From NCBI GenBank assembly GCA_003522085.1, contig DPGI01000009.1, forward strand, positions 66,483 through 130,482: a stretch of 64,000 bases of DNA. Direction: 5' to 3'. The DNA is from Clostridiales bacterium. GTDB taxonomy: Bacteria > Bacillota > Clostridia > Christensenellales > UBA1242. Position 1 is the stretch's first letter. Each line of letters opens with the position of its first letter. Below, piece by piece: positions 8,773 to 17,861 of this stretch. A model generated the notes under the pieces. That model had not been told where the DNA came from, did not search any database, and saw nothing but the letters and a program-made list of their open reading frames with translations. The position numbers were made by a program, and so were the translations under genes.

Positions 8773-9084
8773 ATGGATCACAGACTGAAAAAGGCGAGTC
8801 AATTTTCATACATTTATAAAAAAGGTAAACGGACATCGACTGCGCTATTTACCCTTTTTTCAGTCGACAGTAAATATGAATCTTACAAAATAGGATACTC
8901 TATTTCGAAAAAGATTGGAAAGGCAAACAAAAGAAATAAATTAAAGAGAAGGCTAAGAGAAATCATCCGCACCGAGAACTTGCCACAAAACTTTAAAAAT
9001 TATGTTTTGTTAGTTCGTCCAGGTGCAGCGGAACTTGAATATGACGAGTTGAAACGTCAAATCAAAAATCTCTTTGAAAAATAA
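8773..9084 (+). CDS. rnpA: ribonuclease P protein component
   Basis: 103 aa and basic (KKIGKANKRNKLKRRLREI). The conserved position directly after rpmH supports the call. Confidence 0.88.
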   Translation: MDHRLKKASQFSYIYKKGKRTSTALFTLFSVDSKYESYKIGYSISKKIGKANKRNKLKRRLREIIRTENLPQNFKNYVLLVRPGAAELEYDELKRQIKNLFEK

Positions 9085-9141
9085 ACTGACTTTAATTTAG
9101 GCATTGTTTGCCTATTTATTTAAATCAAATAGGAGGCGCAC

Positions 9142-10536
9142 ATGGCTTTATTTAATTTAATTGGCGCAGTAAGTGAGCCAAACGGCTTTTGGCCAAACAT
9201 TATAAAAGCATTTGAAGGCGGCGTCGGAAGTTATATCTTAGCAATCGTGCTGATTACACTTATTATCAGAGTGATATGGGCACCTTTCGACACGATAAAC
9301 AAAAAGATAAGCAAAAAAAATGCACGCTTGCAAGCCGAACTTCAACCAGAACTTGAAAAAATTAAAGCAAGATATGGAAATGATAAAAATCTGCTCAGCC
9401 GCAAGACGCAAGAACTTTATAAAAAGAGTGGCGTTTCAATGGGTGGAAGTTTAGGATTTATGTTGATATTTCTCACTTTGAATTTGCTTATTTTCTTTAC
9501 ACTGTTTTCTGGATTAAATGCAATGGCAGATTACAAAATCAGCCAAGAATATGAAAACTTAAAAAACAACTATGCAAACGTTTTAAATCTTTCAAACCAA
9601 GAGTTTGACGCATCAAGATATGAAATGTTTGAAAACTTTGACAACATTACTTTTAAAGTTGTAGGCGAAGATTTTGTAGCATACAATGGCGAAACAGAAA
9701 TAGCCCGCACAAAATATAAATCAACTTTTGAATATTCAGTTTTTGAACCAGAAGTAGACGGCGAAGGAAATCCAGTGCTTGACGCAGAAGGAAATCAAAA
9801 ACAAAAAGAAACAGTTATTTCAAACGACAAAGTAATTTATGAATTAGTTTCAAAACTTATTGTTGAACAACCTTATCTTGACGCAGAAGGAAATCAAATA
9901 AAAGATAGTGAAGGAAACCCTGTCCCAAATCCTAACTTTAAAGGAAAAACTCCAATCAGCGTTGCTGGAACAGAATATAACTTAAACGACACAATTTCAG
10001 CATTTACAAACACTTATATGAAAAATGTTTATGAAAATGCTGAAGAAAAATCTTCATTTTTGTGGATTGCAAACTATTGGGTTGCAGACAGCCCATTTAA
10101 ACGCTCAATATTCACCTTTAATCAATTTAAAGCCGAAATTGGAGCAAACAATGTTTCAGAATATGAACAAACAATTTACAACTCATTTATGCCAAGCCTT
10201 GACAAAAATGTGGGAAGAGTAAACGGATATTTAATTCTGGCACTTCTCAGCATCGGCGTAAGTTTCCTTTCAATTTTCTTAGGAAATCTTACAAGCAAAA
10301 AGAAAGGCGAGACACCTGTTAAAAACAACAAAGTAATGATGTTTATAATGCCAGTTATCATGGGTATATTTGCAATCTTCTACAACTCAGTGTTTGCTAT
10401 TTACTTGGTTGTCAGCCAAGCAATAAGCGCGGCACTTGCTCCACTTGAAAACTTGATTATAAACAAGTGGGAAGACCATGACAAAAAGAAAAAAGACGAA
10501 AAGTTAAAATCAGTTGTAGATTACAGAAGAAAGTGA
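9142..10536 (+). CDS. yidC: YidC/Oxa1 family membrane insertase with a large internal insertion (464 aa)
   Basis: Core motif APFDTINKKISKKNARLQAELQPELEKIKARYGNDKNLLSRKTQELYKKSGVSMGGS, TM segments at both ends, and a basic C-tail. About 230 extra residues lie between the TM segments. Confidence 0.85.
   Translation: MALFNLIGAVSEPNGFWPNIIKAFEGGVGSYILAIVLITLIIRVIWAPFDTINKKISKKNARLQAELQPELEKIKARYGNDKNLLSRKTQELYKKSGVSMGGSLGFMLIFLTLNLLIFFTLFSGLNAMADYKISQEYENLKNNYANVLNLSNQEFDASRYEMFENFDNITFKVVGEDFVAYNGETEIARTKYKSTFEYSVFEPEVDGEGNPVLDAEGNQKQKETVISNDKVIYELVSKLIVEQPYLDAEGNQIKDSEGNPVPNPNFKGKTPISVAGTEYNLNDTISAFTNTYMKNVYENAEEKSSFLWIANYWVADSPFKRSIFTFNQFKAEIGANNVSEYEQTIYNSFMPSLDKNVGRVNGYLILALLSIGVSFLSIFLGNLTSKKKGETPVKNNKVMMFIMPVIMGIFAIFYNSVFAIYLVVSQAISAALAPLENLIINKWEDHDKKKKDEKLKSVVDYRRK
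9778..9898 (+). repeat. 22-nt exact in-frame direct repeat inside the yidC insertion
   Basis: cttgacgcagaaggaaatcaaa occurs at 9778-9799 and again at 9877-9898, 99 bp (33 codons) apart. It encodes LDAEGNQ within repeated D(A/G/S)EGN(P/Q) peptide units. Confidence 0.85.
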
Positions 10537-10563
10537 TAAAATGCTTCTAAGGAGGAAAACAAA

Positions 10564-11364
10564 ATGAAAACCAGCGTTGAAGCGACCGGAAAAAACATTG
10601 AACAAGCAATCGAAAATGCACTCTTCGAACTTAAAGCACCAAGAGAAGATGTAGATATTAAAATTTTGACAGAAGGTGGACTTTTCAAAAAGGCAAAAGT
10701 AGTTGTTACAATATCTGACGATGTTGTTGATAAATATGAAAAGAGAGAACAACTTAAAAAGCAAGAAGAAGAACCTGAAAAGCCAGTCGAAGTTAAAGAA
10801 GAAAAAGTAGAGAAAGAAACTAAGAAACAAGAAAAGAAAGCCGTAAAAGAAGAAAAGAAAGAAGAAAAAGCGGCTGAAAAAGAAGAGAAAAAACTTGTTA
10901 AAGAAGAAAAGGCCGAAAACAATCGTCCCCTTGCTGTTGACTTTGTTAAAGGAATTTTAGCCGCAATGGGAAAAGACGGAGAAGTCAGTGAAATCGAAGA
11001 TGACGGCGTAATCAGAATTGAAGTTGATGGTGATGATTTAAGCGAACTTATCGGTTATCGTGGCGAAACAATGTTTGCACTTTCTTATCTTATGACAACA
11101 ATCTGCAAACGTGGAGACAAAAAACAAGTTCTTGATGTTTGTGGTTACAGACAAAAAAGAGCAGATTCGCTTAAAGCACTTGCAAACAGAATGGCAAGCA
11201 AAGTTATTAAAAGCGGAAGATATGCAAAACTTGAACCAATGGACGCAAGCGAAAGAAGAATCATTCACTTGGCACTTCAAGACAATGCAAAGGTTACAAC
11301 AATGTCAAAAGGAACAGAACCTAAGAGATATGTTATGATCTTCCCTACTGAATACAAAGATTAG
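10564..11364 (+). CDS. jag: Jag/KhpB RNA-binding protein (Jag_N, KH, R3H) with a Lys/Glu-rich linker
   Basis: N-terminal MKTSVEATGKNIEQAIENALFELK, a KE-rich linker (10740-10920), C-terminal KH/R3H ...ERRIIHLALQDN...TTMSKGTEPKRYVMI. Position after yidC supports the call. Confidence 0.85.
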   Translation: MKTSVEATGKNIEQAIENALFELKAPREDVDIKILTEGGLFKKAKVVVTISDDVVDKYEKREQLKKQEEEPEKPVEVKEEKVEKETKKQEKKAVKEEKKEEKAAEKEEKKLVKEEKAENNRPLAVDFVKGILAAMGKDGEVSEIEDDGVIRIEVDGDDLSELIGYRGETMFALSYLMTTICKRGDKKQVLDVCGYRQKRADSLKALANRMASKVIKSGRYAKLEPMDASERRIIHLALQDNAKVTTMSKGTEPKRYVMIFPTEYKD

Positions 11365-11373
11365 TTCGAAACA

Positions 11374-11402
11374 AAAAGGTGTAAATAAAACACCTTTTTT
11401 TG
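11374..11402 (+). terminator. intrinsic terminator after jag
   Basis: AAAAGGTG / CACCTTTT stem with a 9-nt loop, then T-run to 11402. Confidence 0.6.
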
Positions 11403-11438
11403 TTGAAAAAAAACAGAGGGTGTGATATTATCTTTTAC

Positions 11439-12761
11439 GTGAATAAAACCATAGTTGCAATTTCGACACCTCTTGGTAAAGGTGCTATTTCAATAGTTAG
11501 AATGAGTGGAAGAGAAAGCCTTGCAATCGCTGCCAAAGTTTTTTCATGCAAAGGTGAAATCGAGCCACGTAAAATGATGCTCGGAAAGTTTAATTTAGGG
11601 CAGGTTTACGAACACTGTTTAATGGTTTATTTTAAAGGCCCATTTTCTTTCACAGGCGAAGATATGGTTGAATTTCAAATTCACGGTGGCGTAACAATCG
11701 CACAAGCGGTTCAACAAGTGCTTCTTGATAATGGTGCGGTTATGGCAGAGCCGGGCGAGTTTTCTAAACGCGCATTTGAAAACGGCAAAATTTCGCTTAA
11801 CGAAGCTGAAACTATAGTTGAAGAAATCAACAGTGAAAGCGAAGCCGAATTAAAAAGTGTGCTTTCAACTTCTGGCAGCCGCTTGCTTGAAAAAATCAAA
11901 TCGCTTCAAAGCGAACTTACAACCCTGCTTGCTGAGATTGAAGTCACAATGGACTATCCAGACGAAGACGAAAACGAAGTTGTTCGCGACAAAATATTTG
12001 AAAAGTTAAATTATGTAAACGACCAATTACTCGCGCTTTTAAAGACGGCGCAAGAAGCGAGATTTGTTAAAAACGGACTGAAAATCGCGCTTGTAGGAAA
12101 AGCAAATGTCGGCAAAAGCAGCCTGTTAAACGCTTTGCTTGGCGAAAATAAAGCGATCGTTACTTCAACCGAAGGCACAACACGTGACGTAGTTGAAGGA
12201 AGTATAGACTTTAATGGCATTCGTTTTAATTTTTATGACACTGCCGGTATCAGAGAAAGCAGTGACACGATTGAAAAAATAGGAATCGAAAAAAGTAAAA
12301 AAGCGCTTGAAGACAGCGACATAGTTTTAATGGTTTATGATGGAAGTGAAAAACTGGGCGAAAACGACCAAAACGTTAGAAAAATCATAACAGACAAACC
12401 ATTTATTTCCGTTATCAACAAAGTCGACAAAAGACGCGCTATCGCAAAGCAAGAAAACGAAATTGAAGTTTCTGCGCTTAGTGGCGAAAACATTGAAAAA
12501 TTAAAGCAAAAGATTTTTGATATGACAATAAAAAATCAGATTGATTTTAATTCGCTTATCGTCACCAACGAGCGTCAGTTAAACCACCTTAAAAACGCGC
12601 AAAAGCAAATCGAAGAGATTTTTAAGGTTAAAAACGAAAGTTTAGAAATATTGTCATTACTTATTAAAAAAGTATGGAACGAACTTGGCAAAATCACTGG
12701 TGAAACAGAAAACGAAGATATTATTTCAGTGATATTCGCGAAATTCTGCGTAGGAAAATAA
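11439..12761 (+). CDS. mnmE: tRNA modification GTPase MnmE
   Basis: TIVAISTPLGKGAISIVRMSG N-domain, G1 motif GKANVGKSSLLNAL, and C-terminal CVGK. The track start at 11400 (TTG) lies inside the upstream terminator T-run. GTG at 11439 gives the usual N-terminal length. The exact start is uncertain. Confidence 0.9.
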   Translation: MNKTIVAISTPLGKGAISIVRMSGRESLAIAAKVFSCKGEIEPRKMMLGKFNLGQVYEHCLMVYFKGPFSFTGEDMVEFQIHGGVTIAQAVQQVLLDNGAVMAEPGEFSKRAFENGKISLNEAETIVEEINSESEAELKSVLSTSGSRLLEKIKSLQSELTTLLAEIEVTMDYPDEDENEVVRDKIFEKLNYVNDQLLALLKTAQEARFVKNGLKIALVGKANVGKSSLLNALLGENKAIVTSTEGTTRDVVEGSIDFNGIRFNFYDTAGIRESSDTIEKIGIEKSKKALEDSDIVLMVYDGSEKLGENDQNVRKIITDKPFISVINKVDKRRAIAKQENEIEVSALSGENIEKLKQKIFDMTIKNQIDFNSLIVTNERQLNHLKNAQKQIEEIFKVKNESLEILSLLIKKVWNELGKITGETENEDIISVIFAKFCVGK

Positions 12762-12762
12762 A

Positions 12763-14628
12763 ATGAAACAAAGTTATGAAGCGATTGTAATAGGCGCAGG
12801 TCACGCAGGCTGCGAAGCCGCCCTTGCGCTTGCTCGAAAAGGACACAGAACACTGCTGCTCACCATCAGTTTGGATGCAGTGGCTTTTTTGGCGTGCAAT
12901 CCATCAATCGGCGGCACAGCAAAAGGTCAACTTGTCAGTGAAATAGACGCGTTAGGTGGAGAAATGGGAATAATTGCCGACAAGACATCGCTGCAAATTC
13001 GCATGTTAAATCGCGGTCGTGGTCCAGCAGTTCAAAGTCTACGCGCGCAGGCCGACAAAGTAGAATATCACACCGAAATGAAAAGAGTCATCGAGTCGAC
13101 TCCAAACCTTTATTTAAAACAAGCCGAAGTTGTTAAAATCAAAGACAACGGTCAAACAAAACTCATCACTACAGCCGTAGGCGACGAATTTGAATCAAAA
13201 GTGGTTGTTTTTGCCACAGGCGTTTATCTTGACAGCAGAATCATTATCGGTAAATATACCGAAAGCGTTGGGCCGAACGGATTTAAAAACGCCCGATTGC
13301 TTTCTGCGTCACTTTCAGATTTAGGATTTAAACTTTTGCGTTTTAAAACAGGAACGCCTGCCCGTGTAAATAAACGCAGCATAGATTTTTCACAACTAGA
13401 AATTCAAAAAGGCGAAGACGACATTCAAAGTTTTTCGTTTATTACAAAGAAAAAACCTAAAAATATCGCGGATTGTTATTTAATATACACAAACCCTCAC
13501 ACACATGAAATTATAAGAAACAACCTTGATAAAGCGCCAGCGATTTCTGGCGAAATCGTCGGAATCGGGCCACGATACTGCCCTTCTATCGAAACGAAGA
13601 TTGTTCGTTTTGCCGATAAAGACAGGCATCAATTATTTTTAGAGCCCGAAGCGCTTTCAACCAACGAAGTCTACATTCAAGGTTTTTCAACTTCAATGCC
13701 AACTTATATACAAGAGCAAATGATACACTCAGTTAAGGGGCTTGAAAAAGCTGAAATAATGAGAGATTCATATGCAATCGAATATGACTGCATCGACCCA
13801 CTTCAATTAAAACCATCGCTTGAAAGTAAGATTCACGACGGTATGTTTTTTGCGGGACAAATCAACGGCACAAGCGGCTATGAAGAAGCGGCAGCACAAG
13901 GTCTTATCGCCGGCATCAACGCAGCTTTAAAATTAGAAGATAAGCAGCCATTCATTTTATCTCGCAGTGAGGCATACATTGGAGTTCTTATCGACGACAT
14001 TGTCACAAAAGGAACATTAGAGCCTTATCGTATGATGACAAGCCGCGCGGAATATCGACTTTTCTTACGTCAAGACAATGCCGACTTGCGCTTGACTGAA
14101 AAAGGTAGAAAGGTTGGATTGGTTGATGATGAGCGCTACAAGATTTTTACGCGCAAGAAAAAACAATTACAAAAAGCAACTGAAATTTTATCTCAAAAAA
14201 TTAAATTAGAGGATAAATTGATAACTTATTTTGAAAAACATGGTGAAAACCCACCCAAAAATTCAATTTCTGTTAAAGAAATTATTAAAAGAAGTAATTT
14301 AGATGCTTTCAACTTAAATGACGAATATCATATTTTTGATAAATTTTCTCATGAAGTCATCAATGAGTTAAATCTCATAACCAAATATGAAGGATACTTA
14401 AAACAACAAGAAGAAGACATTGAAAAACTGAAAAAGATGGAAAGTCAACTTATACCAGAAGATTTTCCATATGAAAAACAAAAAGGCTTAAAAATCGAAA
14501 CCATTCAGAAGTTAGAAAAAGTAAAACCTTTAAATTTAGGACAGGCGTCGCGCGTTTCTGGTGTTTCCCCTGCTGATATTGCGGTTTTGGGCGTGCTCAT
14601 CAAAAAATATAAGGAGAACAACAAATGA
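12763..14628 (+). CDS. mnmG: tRNA uridine 5-carboxymethylaminomethyl modification enzyme MnmG
   Basis: FAD motif VIGAGHAGCEAALA, 621 aa with GidA-family length and sequence throughout. Confidence 0.96.
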   Translation: MKQSYEAIVIGAGHAGCEAALALARKGHRTLLLTISLDAVAFLACNPSIGGTAKGQLVSEIDALGGEMGIIADKTSLQIRMLNRGRGPAVQSLRAQADKVEYHTEMKRVIESTPNLYLKQAEVVKIKDNGQTKLITTAVGDEFESKVVVFATGVYLDSRIIIGKYTESVGPNGFKNARLLSASLSDLGFKLLRFKTGTPARVNKRSIDFSQLEIQKGEDDIQSFSFITKKKPKNIADCYLIYTNPHTHEIIRNNLDKAPAISGEIVGIGPRYCPSIETKIVRFADKDRHQLFLEPEALSTNEVYIQGFSTSMPTYIQEQMIHSVKGLEKAEIMRDSYAIEYDCIDPLQLKPSLESKIHDGMFFAGQINGTSGYEEAAAQGLIAGINAALKLEDKQPFILSRSEAYIGVLIDDIVTKGTLEPYRMMTSRAEYRLFLRQDNADLRLTEKGRKVGLVDDERYKIFTRKKKQLQKATEILSQKIKLEDKLITYFEKHGENPPKNSISVKEIIKRSNLDAFNLNDEYHIFDKFSHEVINELNLITKYEGYLKQQEEDIEKLKKMESQLIPEDFPYEKQKGLKIETIQKLEKVKPLNLGQASRVSGVSPADIAVLGVLIKKYKENNK

Positions 14629-15308
14629 AAAAAGAACGAATCTCCGAAATTTTTAAACAAGAAGGATTTAATATAACCGACAAGCAGGTGCAGCAGTTTG
14701 AAGACTATTACAACTTTTTAGTCGAAGAAAATGAAAAATATAATCTCACAGCAATCACTGATTTTGAAGATGTTGTTTACAAACATTTTATAGATTGCGG
14801 CGTTGGTATAAATTTCTTTGAAGGAAAAGTGTTAGATGTAGGTTCTGGCGCAGGCTTCCCAGGAATCGTTCTTGCAATCTTAAATGACAAATTACAAATA
14901 ACCCTTGTCGACAGTTTAAATAAACGCGTAAACTTTTTAAATCAACTTATAGAAAAGTTGCAACTTAAAAATGTTAAAGCGATTCATGCGCGCGCTGAAG
15001 AGTTTAAGGGAAAAGAAAGTTTTGATCGTGTCACTGCTCGTGCAGTCGCCAACCTTTCAACTTTGTCAGAATATTTGCTTCCATTCGTAAAAATGAACGG
15101 GAAAGCAATTATTTATAAGGGCGCAGACTTTTTTGAAGAAGTTGAATCGGCACAAAATGCCATAAGTGAACTCGGTTGTCAAATCGAAGAGATAAAACGT
15201 TATCGCTATCTTGACAACACAAGATCGATTATTGTTTTAAGAAAAATTAAACATACACCATCAAAATATCCACGTTCTGGAAATCAACCAAGAAAAAATC
15301 CTTTATAA
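14625..15308 (+). CDS. rsmG: 16S rRNA (guanine527-N7)-methyltransferase RsmG
   Basis: SAM motif VLDVGSGAGFPGIVLAI. ATGA overlap with mnmG. Confidence 0.92.
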   Translation: MKKERISEIFKQEGFNITDKQVQQFEDYYNFLVEENEKYNLTAITDFEDVVYKHFIDCGVGINFFEGKVLDVGSGAGFPGIVLAILNDKLQITLVDSLNKRVNFLNQLIEKLQLKNVKAIHARAEEFKGKESFDRVTARAVANLSTLSEYLLPFVKMNGKAIIYKGADFFEEVESAQNAISELGCQIEEIKRYRYLDNTRSIIVLRKIKHTPSKYPRSGNQPRKNPL

Positions 15309-15381
15309 TTTTATTTAAAAACTTTCATTTTATTGAAAATTATGTTATATTTAATTAAATATTACAGCAAAAGAGGTAAAA

Positions 15382-16209
15382 ATGGGCAAAATTATTTCAT
15401 TTACTAATCAAAAAGGCGGAGTTGGTAAAACAACAACTTGTGTAAACTTGTCCGCATATCTTGCCGCTATGGGGCAAAAAGTGCTTATACTTGACTTGGA
15501 CCCTCAGGGCAATGCTACGAGTGGCGTAGGCGTCGAAAAACATAAAGGCTTAAAAACTATTTATGATCTTATAGATGGTGAAAGCCCTATCGATGAAGTG
15601 ATCATTCAAACACAAATTGATGGCTTGGACATTATTCCATCTACAGTAGACCTTGCAGCAGCAGAAATTTCTTTAGTTTCACTTTCAAATCGTGAAAAGA
15701 TTATAAAAGAAATCTTAGGCAACGTCAAAGAATACTATGATTTTATCATGATTGACTGTCAACCATCACTTGGATTACTCACAGTAAATGCTTTGACAGC
15801 ATCTGACAGTGTGATAATCCCTATGCAATGCGAATTTTACTCATTGGATGGTATTACACAACTTATGAATACTTTGCGTCTTGTAAAACTACATTTAAAC
15901 CCTACGCTTGACGTCGAAGGCGTTGTGAGAACAATGAAAGATAATCGTTCAAACCTTATTAACCAAGTTAGTCAAGAAATAATTAAATTCTTTAAAAGTA
16001 AAGTTTTCGACACTTACATTCCAAGAAACATTAGACTCGCCGAAGCACCAAGCCACGGCATGCCAATTATACTTTATGACCCATCTTCTAAGGGCGCAGA
16101 AGCATATTTGTCACTTGCAGAAGAGTTTTTGAACAGAAATAAGATCAAATATAAAAGCATCAACAAACACACAAAAATCAAATTAAGGGAGGATATTAAG
16201 AATGATTAA
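15382..16209 (+). CDS. parA: ParA/Soj chromosome partitioning ATPase
   Basis: Deviant Walker A NQKGGVGKTTT, plus DLDPQGNAT. Confidence 0.93.
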   Translation: MGKIISFTNQKGGVGKTTTCVNLSAYLAAMGQKVLILDLDPQGNATSGVGVEKHKGLKTIYDLIDGESPIDEVIIQTQIDGLDIIPSTVDLAAAEISLVSLSNREKIIKEILGNVKEYYDFIMIDCQPSLGLLTVNALTASDSVIIPMQCEFYSLDGITQLMNTLRLVKLHLNPTLDVEGVVRTMKDNRSNLINQVSQEIIKFFKSKVFDTYIPRNIRLAEAPSHGMPIILYDPSSKGAEAYLSLAEEFLNRNKIKYKSINKHTKIKLREDIKND

Positions 16210-17095
16210 AAAAGGACTTGGAAGAGGACTTGAAAGTTTGTTTGCTATGTATGATGAAGAAGTTGAACAATCAACACCATCAGAAGTAAAAAAGGCAACA
16301 TCAAAAGAAATTGATTCAGTTGAGCTTGACAAGATATTCCCTAACCCAAATCAGCCTAGAAAAAACTTTGACGAAGAAGGTTTAAAAGAGCTTGCTTCAT
16401 CAATTAAAGTTCACGGTATTATCCAACCACTTGTATTAAATGACAATGGAGACGGAACATATCTTATCATCGCCGGTGAAAGAAGATTTCGTGCTGCCAA
16501 AATCGCAGGATTAAAATCAGTTCCTGTTATTATTAAAAATTACACAGATAAACAAATCAAAGAAATCTCAATCATTGAAAACTTACAAAGAGAAGATCTC
16601 AATCCAATCGAAGCCGCAAGAGCAATTAAACAACTTATGGAAGAATACAAGTTGACGCAAGAAGCAGTTTCAGAAAGAATCGGCAAAAGCAGATCAAATA
16701 TTGCCAATACATTACGTTTACTATCACTTTATCCTGAAGTATTGGACATGATTGAAAAAGGAACACTTTCTGCTGGTCATGCTAGAGCATTAGTCGTTGT
16801 AGAAAATCATCTAGATCAAATCAAACTTGCAAACCAAGCTGTTAAAGACAAATGGAACGTTCGTGACCTTGAAAGAGCTGTAAAGAGATTAAATCATCCA
16901 GATTCTAAAACAAGACCAAAAGCTGAACAGTCTCTCGAACTTAAAGATTTAATCGTATCTATGCAAAGAGTAATGGGAACGAAAGTGTCTGCTATTGGAA
17001 ACGATAACAAAGGAAGAATCTATATTGATTATTACTCAAGAGATGATTTAGATAGACTAGCAGATATGATGACACTTCTTTCTAAAAATAAATAA
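16202..17095 (+). CDS. parB: ParB/Spo0J partition protein
   Basis: ParB box IIAGERRFRAA and an HTH segment (LTQEAVSERIGKSRSNIANTLRLL). Overlaps parA by 8 nt. Confidence 0.93.
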   Translation: MIKKGLGRGLESLFAMYDEEVEQSTPSEVKKATSKEIDSVELDKIFPNPNQPRKNFDEEGLKELASSIKVHGIIQPLVLNDNGDGTYLIIAGERRFRAAKIAGLKSVPVIIKNYTDKQIKEISIIENLQREDLNPIEAARAIKQLMEEYKLTQEAVSERIGKSRSNIANTLRLLSLYPEVLDMIEKGTLSAGHARALVVVENHLDQIKLANQAVKDKWNVRDLERAVKRLNHPDSKTRPKAEQSLELKDLIVSMQRVMGTKVSAIGNDNKGRIYIDYYSRDDLDRLADMMTLLSKNK

Positions 17096-17114
17096 CTAAG
17101 TTTTAAATAAAAAA

Positions 17115-17130
17115 TGTTTCATGTGAAACA
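17115..17130. promoter_or_regulatory. parS-like palindrome (1 mismatch) that may also act as the parB terminator hairpin
   Basis: TGTTTCATGTGAAACA versus the canonical TGTTNCACGTGAAACA. It is flanked by an A-run and T7, so its transcript can form a terminator-like hairpin. Confidence 0.65.
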
Positions 17131-17154
17131 TTTTTTTATTACCCTTTTTTCTTA

Positions 17155-17170
17155 TGTTTCACGTGAAACA
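17155..17170. promoter_or_regulatory. parS site (perfect consensus palindrome)
   Basis: TGTTTCACGTGAAACA, 40 bp (start to start) from the first copy and 60 bp after the parB stop. Confidence 0.85.
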
Positions 17171-17253
17171 TTTTCAATATTCATTGTAAAGAAAATACCT
17201 AAAATTGACCAAAATCAGTAGAGTGCAGTCAAAAAAAATAGGTTAAAAATCGT

Positions 17254-17282
17254 TTGACACCGAGAATGCTTTATGGTAATAT
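17254..17282 (+). promoter_or_regulatory. promoter of the rubrerythrin gene
   Basis: TTGACA (17254-17259), 17-nt spacer, TAATAT (17277-17282). Confidence 0.5.
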
Positions 17283-17306
17283 TATTATATAAAAAAGGAG
17301 GAAAAT

Positions 17307-17846
17307 ATGAACATAAAAGGAACAAAAACAGAAAAGAACTTAATGGAAGCTTTTGCTGGGGAAAGCCAAGCAAGAAACAAATACACATTTTATTCTTCAA
17401 AAGCAAAGAAAGAAGGATATGAACAAATTGCAGCAATATTTGATGAAACAGCTGGGAATGAAAAGGAACATGCAAAATTGTGGTTTAAATATTTGCATAA
17501 CGGCGAAGTTCCATCAACACTTGAAAATTTGATTGATGCTGCCGCAGGTGAACACGGAGAATGGACATCTATGTATGAAAGAATGGCAAAAGAAGCAAAA
17601 GAAGAAGGCTTTGACGAACTTGCCGCTAAGTTTTTAGGTGTTGCTGCTATTGAAAAAAGACACGAAGAGAGATATTTAAAACTTGCGCAATTAGTAAAAG
17701 AAGGAAAAGTCTTTAAAAAGACATCTAAAAAGGTTTGGATTTGCAGAAACTGCGGACATGTATACGTTGGCGACGAAGCCCCAAAAGTTTGTCCTGTATG
17801 TAATCATCCGCAAGCATATTTTGAACTTCACGTTGAAGAATTTTAA
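17307..17846 (+). CDS. rbr: rubrerythrin
   Basis: Di-iron ExxH motifs ([16 protein letters not shown]) and a C-terminal rubredoxin-like CRNCGH...CPVCNHP. AGGAGG RBS. Confidence 0.9.
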   Translation: MNIKGTKTEKNLMEAFAGESQARNKYTFYSSKAKKEGYEQIAAIFDETAGNEKEHAKLWFKYLHNGEVPSTLENLIDAAAGEHGEWTSMYERMAKEAKEEGFDELAAKFLGVAAIEKRHEERYLKLAQLVKEGKVFKKTSKKVWICRNCGHVYVGDEAPKVCPVCNHPQAYFELHVEEF

Positions 17847-17861
17847 TATTTATGGTGTGAA

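Noticed and set aside
10510-10922. 106-aa and 133-aa antisense ORFs opposite jag
   Set aside because: They are mirror images of the Lys/Glu-rich (AAR/GAR) linker and give Phe/Ser/Leu low-complexity strings. This is a classic antisense artefact.
17277-17292. AT-rich TAATATTATTATATAA overlapping the rubrerythrin -10, considered as a PerR/Fur box
   Set aside because: Alignment to the TTATAATnATTATAA-type consensus needs several mismatches in any register, and such strings are expected by chance in this AT-rich DNA.
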